A stretch of 64,000 bases of DNA from Eledone cirrhosa (GCA_964016885.1 OZ024746.1:74090001-74154000); one strand, 5' to 3'; counted from the first letter of the stretch, positions 1-13,992 are shown. Numbers and translations: made by a program. Notes: generated by a model from the letters alone, not told the origin.

Positions 1-99
1 CAAAATGAATAAATATAGAAAAGTTCACTGTGAAGATTGTACATGAGTACTTTAGACGATAGACAATACAGGGTTAAACCATATTAAAACCTAACATGA

Positions 100-500
100 A
101 TCTTGCAGCAAGTTAATAACATCCTTTGTTGAAGGATACCTCCGTGCAATCTAGGGACGAGAAAATCCTAACATGTAACTACAGCACAAAAGTGGAAAGC
201 TCTCAGCTAACAATGATTGTCGACTCTGCCGAATAAAGACAGAAGATTTTGTCCAAATTATTTCCAACAGGAAAAAAATGACTTCTCGTTACTATCTTCG
301 CATAAGACGTGATGTACTAGCCAGGCACAATACATTACAGATGACGAATATAAGAACAAATAGGAATGAACATATTGAGACTGGTGATTAAAAGGAATAT
401 TTATTGGTTTAGCGTAATATAAAATATAAATTACCAACAAATTAAAATACAACCGACCTGATATTGTTGCTTGGGGCCAGACTTTGAAGGACAAAACCTA
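100..500 (+). pseudogene. Decayed C-terminal fragment of an RLE-type (R4/Dong-like) non-LTR retrotransposon ORF
   Basis: Manual translation across stops and frameshifts gives FVEGYLRAI*, then CRLCRIKTEDFVQIISNRKKMTSRYYLRIRRDVLARH (decayed zinc knuckle plus RHD-like motif), then KYNRPDIVAW (restriction-like endonuclease RPD motif), in the expected order. Confidence 0.55.
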
Positions 501-1304
501 CAGACCAATCCACCTGGGCCAAAGTATAACAGAACTTGGATTCTTGGAGAAATTGTGCAGCTCCATTATCCACATAGTTTGGAAAGTGAGATATATATAA
601 AATATTGTTTAGATTCTAAGGATGAAGGATTGCACAGAACTTTTTCTTTTTTTCTTTTATAACTTTGCCGCCAAGAAGATGGCCGGTCAAAAATTAACTC
701 GAAATTGTAAGAGAAAAATAACCAAACAAAAAATACCTACATACCTACATACACACAAGTGCAGGCATATATGATAAACAAAACAGCAACAGCAGTGACA
801 ACTACGGTAACTTCAACAATAAACCTTCTACGAACAACCAAAATACAACAGCAACAACAACAGCCTAAACGCCTGTAAATCGTTTGCCAGTAATGGTTTT
901 ATGACTTTGTAACTGTCTATTTTAGTAAAGAACCTCATAAAATAGTAACATTCTACCCATATTAAACCCTCATTCCTCTCCTCTCTTTCCCCTCGCCTCA
1001 TCTGTTCTTTCTTTCCTTACATTTTCTTCTTCGTTCTATTTCCTCTTCTTCCCAACTTTACTTTCACCCGTTCTATATACCATTTCATAGTCATTTACCC
1101 GTTATATTTTATTTATTTATCATTATTTTTGTTGTTCGTTTATGTTGTTGTACCCTTTTATTTATTATTATTATTATTGATATTATTATTATTTTGTTTT
1201 TCTTCTTCATAATCATCCTTTCCAGCATCATCATTATCAATGCCATCATCATTATTATTAACAATACTGCTACTGGTGCTGATCTTGTTATTTATTTATT
1301 ATAT

Positions 1305-1659
<355 letters not shown>

Positions 1660-2196
1660 TTTGGGCTATTTACTTAGTTTTAACGATAGCGAAACAGTAG
1701 AGGGTTTTATGGTTATCTTGGAAGGCATCAGCCCAAGCCATTTATCAGATGAAAAGATATTATCCAAGAGATATTCCATTATTGCTGAGAAGTTGTCAGC
1801 ATGTCTGGCAGAATGGATGCGTTCAAAATATATAATAGCCGGGCAATTAGGTAAAGAACTTCAAGATACTGCAGGATAGGAGCGGTGAGGGAAGCAGGAG
1901 GGGCGCGGCACGGGAGGAGAACATGTACTATTATCAAGGTGTAGTTAGAGAGACATAGTAGGGGTGAGATGGCTATGGCTTGAACATTGATAGTGGAGTA
2001 GAAAAGTACTGGTATCACTGTTTAGTGGTGGGTTGGTGACTGGGATACAAATATGCACTTTGAAGCAACATTTAACACCATGCGTATATCAGAAATGTGG
2101 GATCAGATGCATATATACATATCGACGCATCCACATACACACACACACACGCAGACCCACAGACGCACACACACACACAGACCCACAGACCCACAG

Positions 2197-2256
<60 letters not shown>

Positions 2257-2334
2257 CCATACATACAGGCATACGGACAAGCACATACACACACACATAG
2301 GCGCGCACTGCCGAATACATTGAACAGCCTCTAC

Positions 2335-2366
<32 letters not shown>

Positions 2367-2371
<5 letters not shown>

Positions 2372-2530
2372 TACATACATGGTGGCTGCCAACTCGTTTT
2401 CGAGTACGGCCACTACTTTACATCCATGTAGGAGAACCCCTACCGATGCGCTGAACGAGTGTGACTTTTTAGTTCCGCCAGCGACTTGAAAACTCTGGTA
2501 CAAACACTACACTTGTGACAATTATTGACA
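2367..2530 (-). mobile_element. 3' end of an RTE (BovB-like) LINE
   Basis: Minus strand encodes the terminal C2H2-like motif CSVCTRVFKSLAELKSHTRSAH*. It is followed by a short UTR with a CTCGAAAACGAG hairpin and an (ATGT)n tail. Confidence 0.6.
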
Positions 2531-2704
2531 CAGTGCTGGGCGCATGGTACCATGTGACGACAAGTGCAGAGATCTCCAGATATAAAGCAATGCCTGTGCC
2601 GTGAAGCTTTTATAGTGAGTAAAGGCACTGCACAAAGCCAGTCCCACTCTCTTAACCAAGATGATATTTACCAAAAAGAAGAACAAGTCAACATCATTGA
2701 ATAC

Positions 2705-2935
2705 CATTAGGGTTGCAGGTGTTATATCAGAGTTTTCCTTCTCCTAGAATTCTGCCTTGACAAAGGCTAAGGGGTCATCTCTCCCGGTGATTTTGGATGG
2801 CCATTGACTCTTAAGAGCTCCTTTGCCCTTTGACAGGTTTTGTTTTTAGTCCTGCAGGATGTCCAAAGTCACCCTCCTCACCAAGAAACCTTGGTGGGGT
2901 TGCCAGTTTAGTCGCCAACGACCCGACCATGAGAC
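2705..2935 (+). mobile_element. RTE-type 5' UTR fragment (dispersed repeat; related copy at ~52085-52295)
   Basis: CAGGTGTTATATCAGAG..CCTTCTCCTAGA...GGATGGCC...GATGTCCAAAGTCAC...CCAGTTTAGTCGCCAACGACCCGACCATG aligns by eye with 52085-52295. CCTTCTCCTAGA..CAAAGGCTA resembles RTE 5' UTRs. Confidence 0.45.
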
Positions 2936-3075
2936 AGGTTGTACTGGGATACATGTTACCAGTAGCACAAGCTGGTGACCTGACATACTATATATATATC
3001 CATACATACAGGCATACGGACACGCACACACATACACATAGGCGCGCACTGCCGAATACATTGAACAGCCTCTAC

Positions 3076-3125
<50 letters not shown>

Positions 3126-3222
3126 GTATATATATATCCATACATACAGGCATACGAACAAGCACAGACACACACACACACACATAGGCGCGCACTGCCG
3201 AATACACTGAACAGCCTCTACT

Positions 3223-3253
<31 letters not shown>

Positions 3254-3338
3254 CCATACATACAGGCATACGAACAAGCACACACACACACACACATAGG
3301 CGCGCACTGCCGAATACACTGAACAGCCTCTACACACG

Positions 3339-3437
<99 letters not shown>

Positions 3438-3720
3438 CCATACATACAGGCATACGAACAAGCACAGACACACACACACACACATAGGCGCGCACTGCCG
3501 AATACACTGAACAGCCTCTACTCACACACACACACACACACACTCACACTCACACACACTCACACACACACACACAGACATATATATATATTCGGTATAG
3601 AAAGATGCAATTTACTTCTAGTACTCAACGTCATATCACTTCCTAAAAATAAGGACGACGGAGTATATTAATAAAGAGAAAAATGCGAAGTTGAAGGTGT
3701 TAGGGTCCTTTATTAATTGA

Positions 3721-3771
3721 GCCGTTATACATATTTCAATGATGATAGATATCGTGATTTCTTCAGACAGC
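3721..3771 (-). ncRNA. Type I hammerhead ribozyme (minimal, PLE-type)
   Basis: Minus strand reads GCTGT-CTGAAGA-AAT...ATT-GAAA-TATGTA-TA-ACGGC. Stem I GCTGT/ACGGC, intact core, AATAAA just downstream. Confidence 0.75.
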
Positions 3772-4700
3772 AAAGATTGATTAAAAGGTAACATTTCCGA
3801 GGCAATTTTAGGTGGAAGGGAGCGGACTAAAAAAATGTGTGTCCTTGCTCTCAGTGTCCGCTCCCTTCTAATTTTTAGATCATACCGACAGCACTGCTTA
3901 GTCGCAGGGGGTGTGGGTGGCTGAATGCTAAACTACAACCGAGAACACCACCAATCTTATTTGTTCTCCCCTTGGTATTGAGTACCACTTTTACTCAGCC
4001 ATCAACCACATACGGATATATGTATATACACACTCACACACACACATATAAATAAATTGGAGTTTGTCACAAGAACAATACCAACTGCCGTTGACTATTG
4101 AATACATGAATTGCTACTGTCAATATTAACTAACCTCGATGCTTAATCATGCGATGACCTTCAACCTATCAAATTATACCATAAACTTGAATCATTTTTC
4201 TGCAAAAAAACTGAAAAAAACCCATGGAAATCCCGATTTTTGATGCGAAATTAAAGGAAGTTGATACCTAATCATTTGATCTTCTTCAACTTATCAAATT
4301 TTACTTCTGTATAAAACTGGAAGAAATTCCCTGCGAGTTAGAAGTCGGCATATTCACACATTTCTCCATCTCTCTTAACTTTTGAAATCATGAAAGTGGT
4401 GAAACCGGTAAAGCTATAGATTATTGTAAATAAACCTTAAAGACTCCAATTGAATTTTCAACTTCTTTTTTCTATAATTTTACCGTGTGGGATATATTAA
4501 AAACCTTATGTTCGAATATATATATAATTGAATATAAAAGAGAGATAAACACAGATATATACATATATGTGTTCAAATCGTAAGGGACCAGATTCGCCAT
4601 GGTGAAAAAAATACTAACTATGGACAATAGGGTCTGCCAGATTCAATTTAAGAATAAATCAAGAAAATAAATACAAACCGGAATTGTGGTTACTACCAAT

Positions 4701-4778
4701 CACCCAGACAGCGTTTGGCTATGCTGTTTCGCAAATTAATTGTGAAGAGGATTACCAATTCTTGCTCATCAGTGGTTA
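4701..4778 (-). ncRNA. Type I hammerhead ribozyme
   Basis: CCA-CTGATGA-GCAAGAATT...AATTTGC-GAAA-CAGC-atagccaaac-GCTG-TC-TGG. GUC cleavage triplet. Confidence 0.75.
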
Positions 4779-5038
4779 AGAATTAGTAAGTTCCTCACTT
4801 CTAAGTATATCAGAAAACTGAATAGTGTTAATAGTGTACGTATATATAATAACGCATATGGTATCAGAACTTAGCGTGTCTCACAAACTCACACCACTAC
4901 AAAAAAGCAGCCAAGTTTACTCGACATTTAAATTAGCTCAACAAATTAACGGAGCCGAATATATCAAAGGTATATATTGAGGTAGAAACTCAATTCAATT
5001 TTCTGATATACTTAGAAGTGAGGAACTTACTAATTCTT

Positions 5039-5116
5039 CACTCACCGATGAGCAAGAATTGGTAATCCTCTTCATAATTAATTTGCGAAACAGCATAGCC
5101 AAACGCTGTCTGGGTG
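5039..5116 (+). ncRNA. Type I hammerhead ribozyme with core mutated to CCGATGA
   Basis: CACTCA-CCGATGA-GCAAG...TTTGC-GAAA-CAGC...GCTG-TC-TGGGTG. Six-bp stem I. Confidence 0.6.
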
Positions 5117-5334
5117 ATTGTTAGTTACCACAATTCCGGGTTGTATTTATTTTCTTGATTTATTCTTAAATTGAGTCTGGCAAACCCTATTGTCCATAGT
5201 TATTATTTTTTTCACCTTAGCGAATCTGGTCCCTTACGATTTGAACACATATATGTATATATCTGTGTTTATCTCTCTTTTATATTCTTTCCTAGAGCTA
5301 TTTTACTGTAAGAGACTATTTGGAGTTTCTAACT

Positions 5335-5435
<101 letters not shown>

Positions 5436-5469
5436 TTGGAGCTCTGAAATAGCAATATATATATGGATG

Positions 5470-5754
5470 TATATATAATGTATTTTGCAATACACTTTAT
5501 GCTTAATTAAAAGCATTTTGAAGACCGTATGCTATTGTTTTAGAGTAGTGACAAATTCACTTACTTTAATCTCAGCAAACAGGGGAGATAAGCCGACAAG
5601 GGCCTTGTTTCGCTTTTGTTGAAGCTGAGATTTTGTTGAAGCTGAGATTTTGTTTGCTGAGATTAAAGTAAGTGAATTTGTCACTACTCTAAAACAATAG
5701 CATACGGTCTTCAAAATGCTTTTAATTAAGCATAAAGTGTATTGCAAAATACAT

Positions 5755-5762
<8 letters not shown>
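5470..5762. repeat. Fold-back insertion in (TA)n: ~110 bp inverted arms; spacer holds the 3' half of an HHR
   Basis: Arms 5470-5580 and 5652-5762. Minus strand 5592-5613 reads GC-GAAA-CAAGGCCCTTG-TC-GGC. Confidence 0.85.
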
Positions 5763-5830
<68 letters not shown>

Positions 5831-5911
5831 TAGAAGAGGTATTTAATTTTGTTGGAAGTCCGACAAACATAACTGATTTAGAGCACTCAACAAGTTACTG
5901 GAGTAAATATT

Positions 5912-6245
5912 CAATGATATTAAATAAATGGAAACTATATTTATAAAACCATATTTATTTTATTATATATATTTCAAGGGCAACCAAGACAACATTGGTA
6001 CGCTTTCATCAGATAAAATACAAAGTTTGTTTTATAAATAGAGACATACCCATGAAAATCATACCTTATCGGTTGGAAATTCACTGGATAAGGTATGATT
6101 TTCATGGGTATGTCTCTATTTATAAAACAAACTTTGTATTTTATCTGATGAAAGCGTACCAATGTTGTATTGGTTGCCCTTGAAATATATATAATAAAAT
6201 AAATATGGTTTTATAAATATAGTTTCCATTTATTTAATATCATTG
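5912..6245. mobile_element. Fold-back insertion: ~159 bp arms, 16 nt loop, HHRs at 5956-6020 (-) and 6137-6201 (+)
   Basis: Near-perfect palindrome. The plus arm reads TATTTTAT-CTGATGA-AAG..ACCAAT..ATTGGT..CTT-GAAA-TATATA-TA-ATAAAATA (8 bp stem I, palindromic mini stem III). Confidence 0.85.
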
Positions 6246-7178
6246 TATATAAATATATATATATATATAAATTAATATGTAAGTGATGAAACACAGATAC
6301 CAACATATCTGTATATATATTGCAAAAGAAAAATTTAGCCAGATTGAAGTATACTAATTATTATACTACAGTTTGTCCATATCGATTTAAAATAATAAAT
6401 CAACGGAGACGAACTGTATTGGCAAAAGGCCGTGATGTTTAGACACATTTAAATTTCAAAATCAAACCTGTTCCGTAGATAAGTTTAGACTTTAAGATCC
6501 AAATATGTTTCGAGTTAAATAAGTGTAGGAATATCATGTCCCGCTCTCCTCAGTAAACATCCAGAGACAAATTGATATGCTTCACTTCTAAATGATTTAA
6601 AAGACTGCGTGACGCACATGGCTTTACAGTATCTAACTAGTCTCATAACCGTACTGCTAGAAATGACAGTCGTATATATGAGACAGTTTTCAATAAACAA
6701 ACCAGGATTTTTTCATTCTGAGGGATTGAAAGCAAAGCCTTTTGCTTTTAAGAAACCACTGGTAAATGGAATAATTGCCTTATGTTGTTTATTACATAAT
6801 AATAATAATTATATATATATATATATATGCGAGTGTGCATTTGTGTGTCTGTCTGTATAAGTATACATACACAAGAATATATATCTATGTCTATAAATAT
6901 TTGAGACTGTGTACGCATATATGCACAGTTCTATATGTCTTATAATCAGCATGTTAGAATATAATGAACAGTTTTGCTGTAAAAAAGACTTGGTACATTA
7001 TTAATTATGCAAAGATAAAGATAGAAACTTATGAACAATGAGACATTTCGCTGCAAAAAGTCACACTATTAGTTCCATGCATACATATAATGAGACAACA
7101 AAGCAAGTATAGAAGATGACGAGATAAACCAAGATAAAAACTCTAAAGTATCAACGGTGCATATATATAAATAAATAA

Positions 7179-7265
<87 letters not shown>

Positions 7266-9211
7266 TACATATATATTATATATATACATGTTCGTGTGTG
7301 TACATTTTACATAGAAGACTCCCGTAGATACGTCGTATGTTCCAGAAGAAGCGTCTGGATATTAAATATGAAACTAGATGTTCCTTCTAATGTATAAACT
7401 GAATCTAATGAAATCGATAAAAAAAAGGAGATAGAAGAATGTAAGAAAAGACAACATCAGAATAAAAACTACAAAACAATTTAAGACTGAGCGATGAACC
7501 AACTGGTATAGTTACCTTCATATTTTCACAAGCGAATCAGATAGCTATTGTAGACGTAACGTCTCGCAAATGATTTAAACGGGAAAAATGCTGATAATAA
7601 TAGAATATTAACAGTAATGTAAGAAAAATTCATAATCTAAAATTGTAGAAAATGGAGAGAAAAGGATTAAAATGTGGTGGTAAAAGAAACAATAGTAAAA
7701 ACCATAAATTAATGATTAATGATAATACTAACTATAAACACCACCACGATCACGATAATAACAAGTTCTATTATTTTAATAGTCATAGGCCCAAATAAGT
7801 CATTGTGGGAAGTTCGAATGCAAATTAGAATGCATCAATAGGAAGGAAAATCTTGGGAGATTATCATCGAGTAAAATGGCGAAATTGTATCTATACAGAA
7901 CATTTAAAAAAAATGTCCATATATATTAATAAAATAACAAAGATACCAACAAGAAATATCTATAAAAGAAAAGAACATTCACATAAGTTAGTTCAATACC
8001 CAACACAAAACTTTGGAATACACAATACAGCAAATGCCTTCTCCACATCTTTGCTGTCAATCTGCAGATTTATATTTAATTCGTTTCATTACGCCAACTT
8101 CGCCACACTAATTCAATCATTTGTAAAATGTATTGGAGTGAAGCATTTCTCTCTTCACCATAACCCTCCAGATTATGTGGTACTTAAACAAGTGTTTGAA
8201 GGCTTAGCTGAAATCAAACATCTCTGTTCGGAAACATTTCAAACGTGCCCACTACAGGTTCATTCGATATAGACACCTTTATTTCTTTGTCAAATGAATG
8301 TGGTAGATCGGTCTACACAACTCATTTGGCCACGCGGTATAGTTGCTGACCTCTCAAAACATAAGAATTAGTAATGGGCTGACATGAAACAAGTGGTTTC
8401 GTTGCACTAAATAAATTTTGAAAGCCACAGTTGTTGGCAGAAATGCTCAGATCATATTACGTTCACTGTTTCTGACAATCAAATTTTGTTTGAGGGAAGG
8501 TAGTAGAGGTATACATAATAAGGCACCAGCAATACTTCCGATGTAATTTTCATCGACCTAAATAGGAAGAAATACAAAGTTGTACTCAGCCTGATTCGAA
8601 CCCTAGTACTGATTGTTACGTATTTTATCAACTTCAAATAAGATAACCACACCAGTGCATGCAATATAACTAAGAAATTCTCTATAATTAAGCTAACGTT
8701 TTTTCTTTGTTAGTTAACCAACAAAATTTAGGAGTTCAGTCACCAAACCACATCGATATAGATTGCCGTAAGCTTCCTTGCTAATAGCGATGATGGTGAT
8801 TTATAATTTTTGAATTAATGTCTACTAAATAGTTTTGTTACATATTCAGTCGATCTCAATGAGATGTAGCAATAAAAAAGCTTCAATGTAATCATTCAAC
8901 CTACTATAAAATCTTACGAAAATGGGAGATATTGGATCATATATTCATATATAATGCATTTCTATAAAATACACGATGATATGAATTATAATAGCTATCA
9001 TAACAGCTATATTTAGTTGCAGATGCCCTGTTATAGCAGCAACAACAAGCATAAATCACACAAATAAAAAGATGAATCTGTGGTGCCAAGATTCGAGATC
9101 GGGTAAATACAGTATTTTGTTGGAAGGCTTTACCAATCACAGCATTGACATCAACAGCCATAATGTCGGCGTTGATTGCTTGATGACAACAACGAAGGGG
9201 AGGGGGAGCAG

Positions 9212-9263
<52 letters not shown>

Positions 9264-9580
9264 GATAATAGTAATAATAATGATATTAAGAAGAAGAAGA
9301 AGAAGAAGAAGAAGAAAATTCTATACAAACAAATATATCTGAGAATAACTAGATAAAGCAACAGGAACATCAACAAATTTTGCAACTAGACTGAGAAGAT
9401 GACAAAAGAGGATTGATAAGTCGGCTACACTCAGCAAGATCTCAGCAGGTAATCTAACAAACAAAAACAGTTGTTTAGAAGAGATAAATTGCACCAAGCA
9501 TCTGATATGGCTTCCACTCAAACCAACTTCACCGAATATACTTTAACATCAGTAACTATTTCTGTATCTATGTAGTTAAT

Positions 9581-9763
9581 AATTGTTTCTACTTTTGGTA
9601 CAAGGCCAGCAATTACCCAATACATTACTGGTACTTTATTTTATCGACCCCGAAAGGATGAAAGGCAAAGTTAACCTCGGCGAGATTTGAATTCAGTCCG
9701 TAAAGGGACGTAACTATGCTAGAAAGCATGGCGTCCGACTCTCTACCGATACTGCCAATCCAC
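9581..9763 (-). mobile_element. tRNA-derived SINE, near full length
   Basis: Minus-strand head has box A TGGCAGTATCGG and a box B-like GAATTCAAATCT. Body GCCTTTCATCCTT.CGGGGTCGATAAAATAAAGTACCAG and tail GGCCTTGT.CCAAAAGTAGAAACAATTATT are shared with ~10 other copies. Confidence 0.9.
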
Positions 9764-9879
9764 AATAATGTACGTATTTGGGGGTCCATCTAATATATGC
9801 ATATGTGTAGCACATATATGAATGTGTAGCACATATATAAATGTATGTATATTTGTCTGTAGATAGTTATACATCTCTC

Positions 9880-9942
<63 letters not shown>

Positions 9943-10115
9943 AATGAAGTAATTCCGTCGGAAAGGTCCAGGAAAAAATAGTGCTCTATATAGGTTACAG
10001 AGCTTAATAGTTATGTAATAAACAACATAAGATAATTATTTATAATAAATTTTATTTGCTTTCAAGAAAAACCACTGGTAAATGAAATAATTATCTTATG
10101 TTGTTTATTACATAA

Positions 10116-10213
<98 letters not shown>

Positions 10214-10238
10214 ATATATATATATATATATGTATATG

Positions 10239-10378
<140 letters not shown>

Positions 10379-10519
10379 ATCTGAGTTTATCGAATATTAA
10401 TAATAACATTATTCGATTCGTTTGCAATTATGCAAACAAGCCTCAATTTTATAGCCATGTAAGTAGAATGAACCCTTCATTCTTGCTCTTGTGTTGGCAT
10501 GTGAACATAACTACAGACA

Positions 10520-10715
10520 CTGCATATTAGCCGATCCACTGATCACCCAGATTTGCATATCATCAGACTGGTCAGTCTGTTTCCTGTTTACAAGCGATAA
10601 ATGGTCGGCTTTGCCAATATGCTGATGTGCAAATCTGGCTGATCAGTGGATCTGCTAATATGCAGATCTGACTGCTCAGCCAGTCTGCTAATATGCAAAT
10701 CAGGCCGATCAGTCA
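10520..10715. repeat. Inverted repeat plus ~33 bp tandem units containing octamer-like motifs
   Basis: 10520-10562 is the reverse complement of ~10623-10665. The unit (CTG..CTGATCAG...TCTGCTAATATGCA(G/A)AT) is repeated 2-3 times. Confidence 0.7.
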
Positions 10716-11119
10716 CTGTCATTTTCCTCTGACGTTCCTCAGCCGTACTAGCTTAAAGCAACCCCCATGTATGCAAATTTACTCTTTACTGATTGATGAT
10801 TTTATGTATTTAAGTATGTATATGTGGTGAGTAATAGGGATGTATAAGTTCAATTAGGATGGTGGTCTATGAATGTTTCTTTGTTAGAGAACGTCTATAA
10901 GTATTTATATAAGTTTTGGTTTTATATTCTCTCTGTCTCACATAATCATACAACATAGGCAAATATATACCTTGCCAATGTAGTTATATTAACGGTCAGT
11001 GTTGGCCTAGGGCCTAGGCCAGAACTATCTTAATAACACCACTTCTCATATTTCGAGCATCCTGACCCATTCTAGTAAAGAACATCAGTGTATATATCAG
11101 TGTTTATATGTCTATATAT

Positions 11120-11174
<55 letters not shown>

Positions 11175-11199
11175 GTGTACATATCAGTGTATATATGTC

Positions 11200-11383
<184 letters not shown>

Positions 11384-12224
11384 TATATATACATACGGCT
11401 TCTGAGTCTGGTTAGGTACCATTAACTGTTTGCTACAGAGTGGTCTCTGCTAATGGCACTCGAATAACCAAATGTGGGTGAAAACCGGGTGACGGTTTAG
11501 GTCTAAATTCAAAGTTGCCTGCAGCGTTATTGAAATTCAGAACGCCAAATTTTGGAAGATATACTACCAGGCTTCGCGCCCGACTCTGTAACGGCTCAGT
11601 CAATCGAAATCCAAAGGATGATAGGTAAACGTCATATGCAATTTGAAGGCAGAGTGCTGGAAATTTTGTTCTACACTCTAGCGACTAATATGTTGTCACA
11701 TATCTATGATATTTAAAAACGATGTTTATCACGTATGGGGTGGCAGTTCAAAAATCCGATAACTGGGAAAATTTCGGTAAAATTTATAAAAATAATTTGT
11801 TTTTATTTCTTGGATCCCTAATGAGAGAATACCTATGTATTTTTTATGTAAAAAAAAACATCTGGAATTGATAATGAACTGTGGAATTCAGGTAAGTAAA
11901 ACAAATATGTTCTATTCACTGAATGAAATGTTTCGGAGCAGACAACCTTGAAGCTGAAAGGAAATGAAGCCCTTTAATAAAACAATTAAAGGGCTGCTCT
12001 GAACATTTGGTGAAGAAAACAACCACCAATATACGGGCTATATAAAGAATTATAGACACTGAGTCAACTCGTACGGTTTTACTCTGAATTGCAACAGAGA
12101 AATGTACCATGGTTATGAAAGTGCAGAATATGGTAAAAACCATAAAAAGTTGATTATAACGTGATTTGAAATCAGAACATCACACAGAGACAACATTTTT
12201 CTGTAAGAAATAATTTTTTCCAGC

Positions 12225-12408
12225 ATTGGCACAAGGCGAAAAAATTATTTGATTATATTGACCCCAGTACTGAACTGGTATTTTTTTTCATCAACACCGT
12301 AAAGATGAAAGGTGATGTTGACTATCACAGGATTTGAATTCAAAATGTCTTGAGTTGTAACTAAACACCGTAAACCATGTTGTCTGACGCTCTAGTGATT
12401 CTCCCAGT
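12225..12408 (-). mobile_element. Old diverged copy of the tRNA-derived SINE
   Basis: TGGCACAAGG...ACTGGTATTTTTTTTCATCAACACCGTAAAGATGAAAGGTGATGTTGAC...GGATTTGAATTCA matches the family. Confidence 0.7.
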
Positions 12409-12653
12409 AATTGTAAGAAATGAAATTGAAACTAATAATCTTTATGATTCTCTAAAACTCTTTTTTTCATGAACAATGGTGTCTCAAAAGATTAGAGCGA
12501 CAGCCTTACGTGAAGTTGATTTTCTGATAAAGAGCAACACAGACAATTCCCAAAGAGAGGGAGAGAGAGAGCGAGAAAGCGTGAAAGAAAGAGGGAGAGA
12601 GAAAGAGAAGGATAGAGCGTATGAGTGAGGGAAACAGAGGGAAAGTGTGAGAG

Positions 12654-12718
<65 letters not shown>

Positions 12719-12899
12719 TGTCGTAGCAAAAAAAAAAACAAGAAGAATATATAAGCAACGGGGAAAGATAGATACATGACACACACGTATATAAAAAAGA
12801 AACGGAGGAGGATTAGAGTGATGGTGAGACAGACATAACAAGACAAATAAATAGAGAGAGTGAGAAAGAGAATGAAAAAGAGAGAGAGAAAGAGAGTGA

Positions 12900-12931
<32 letters not shown>

Positions 12932-13024
12932 ATTGTAGGGACTCGAAATGGATGACTGAAAGACAAATAGAAAGAAAGAAAAGAAGAGAAAGTAAAAGAA
13001 AAATTGTAATAGGAAGATAATAAT

Positions 13025-13209
13025 TGTTTCTACTATTGGCACAAGGTCAGCAATTACTCAGTACATTACTGGTACTTTATTTTTTTATCGACCTCGTAAG
13101 GATGAAAGGCAAAGTTGACCTCGGCCGGATTTGAACTCAGAATGGATAGGGCCGTAACTCTATGCGTCAAAGCATGACGTCCGACCCTCTACCGATACTG
13201 CCAATCCAC
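13025..13209 (-). mobile_element. tRNA-derived SINE with 14 bp TSD
   Basis: Family match. AGGAAGATAATAAT flanks it at 13011-13024 and 13210-13223. Confidence 0.92.
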
Positions 13210-13470
13210 AGGAAGATAATAATAAAGGTGAACATGAGAGAATGAGAAAGAGACGGAGTGTTAGGAAAGTACGGATAGTATAGACGAGATAGAGTGAGAA
13301 GAGACGAGAAGAGAGAATAAGAAAATAGGGAGATAAAATGATAGGAGAGAGGGAGATAATGACAGAGGGGGATAGAGACATTGTGTAAGGTAAATAGAAC
13401 GATCGATAATAGTCAGACAGATAGTTAAGCGTATAGAGATAAATAGAAAGATAGATCGACAGACAGATAA

Positions 13471-13548
<78 letters not shown>

Positions 13549-13681
13549 GAGAATTCAACATGGATGCCGTGTGGATAGCCATGAGGTGAAATATGCAAAC
13601 TTTTGGTACGAAACGAGGAACTGTTTATATGGATTGATGTATTTTGTAAGGAAAAGCTGATAATATTAACACACACACACA

Positions 13682-13818
<137 letters not shown>

Positions 13819-13912
13819 CTATCTTCCGCAGAGAAATACGTATTTGCTTGCCTATGTGTATATATATATATATATATATGTACGCGTATATATATGTGTG
13901 TTTTTGTTGGCG

Positions 13913-13992
<80 letters not shown>

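Larger units (their letters stand above)
2250..3525 (+). repeat. Minisatellite: five copies of an ~85 bp core separated by variable (CA)n/(TA)n
   Basis: Core TATATCCATACATACAGGCATACG(A/G)ACA...CACATAGGCGCGCACTGCCGAATACA(C/T)TGAACAGCCTCTAC at ~2250, ~2995, ~3130, ~3247 and ~3430. About 600 bp of RTE-derived sequence separates copies 1 and 2. Confidence 0.9.
4530..5287. mobile_element. Fold-back PLE-derived insertion: ~295 bp inverted arms (4530-4823 and 4993-5287), one HHR per arm
   Basis: The arms are near-perfect reverse complements. HHRs at 4701-4778 (-) and 5039-5116 (+). Confidence 0.85.

Noticed and set aside
2250-3525. CRISPR-like repeat-spacer array
   Set aside because: The spacers are microsatellites, the context is eukaryotic, and there are no cas genes.
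6495-6560. HHR-like CTGAGGA...GAAAC on the minus strand (similar weak cases at 22322, 29590 and 48393)
   Set aside because: Stem III or stem I do not pair convincingly, or the GAAA is missing.
7990-8480. Harbinger-like KDVEKAFAVL motif on the minus strand near 8040
   Set aside because: A single short motif. I could not place other DDE motifs at the correct spacing.
11860-11900. Strong splice donor CAG|GTAAGT suggesting a host exon
   Set aside because: No convincing acceptor, reading frame or partner exons. Small exons cannot be excluded without RNA-seq.
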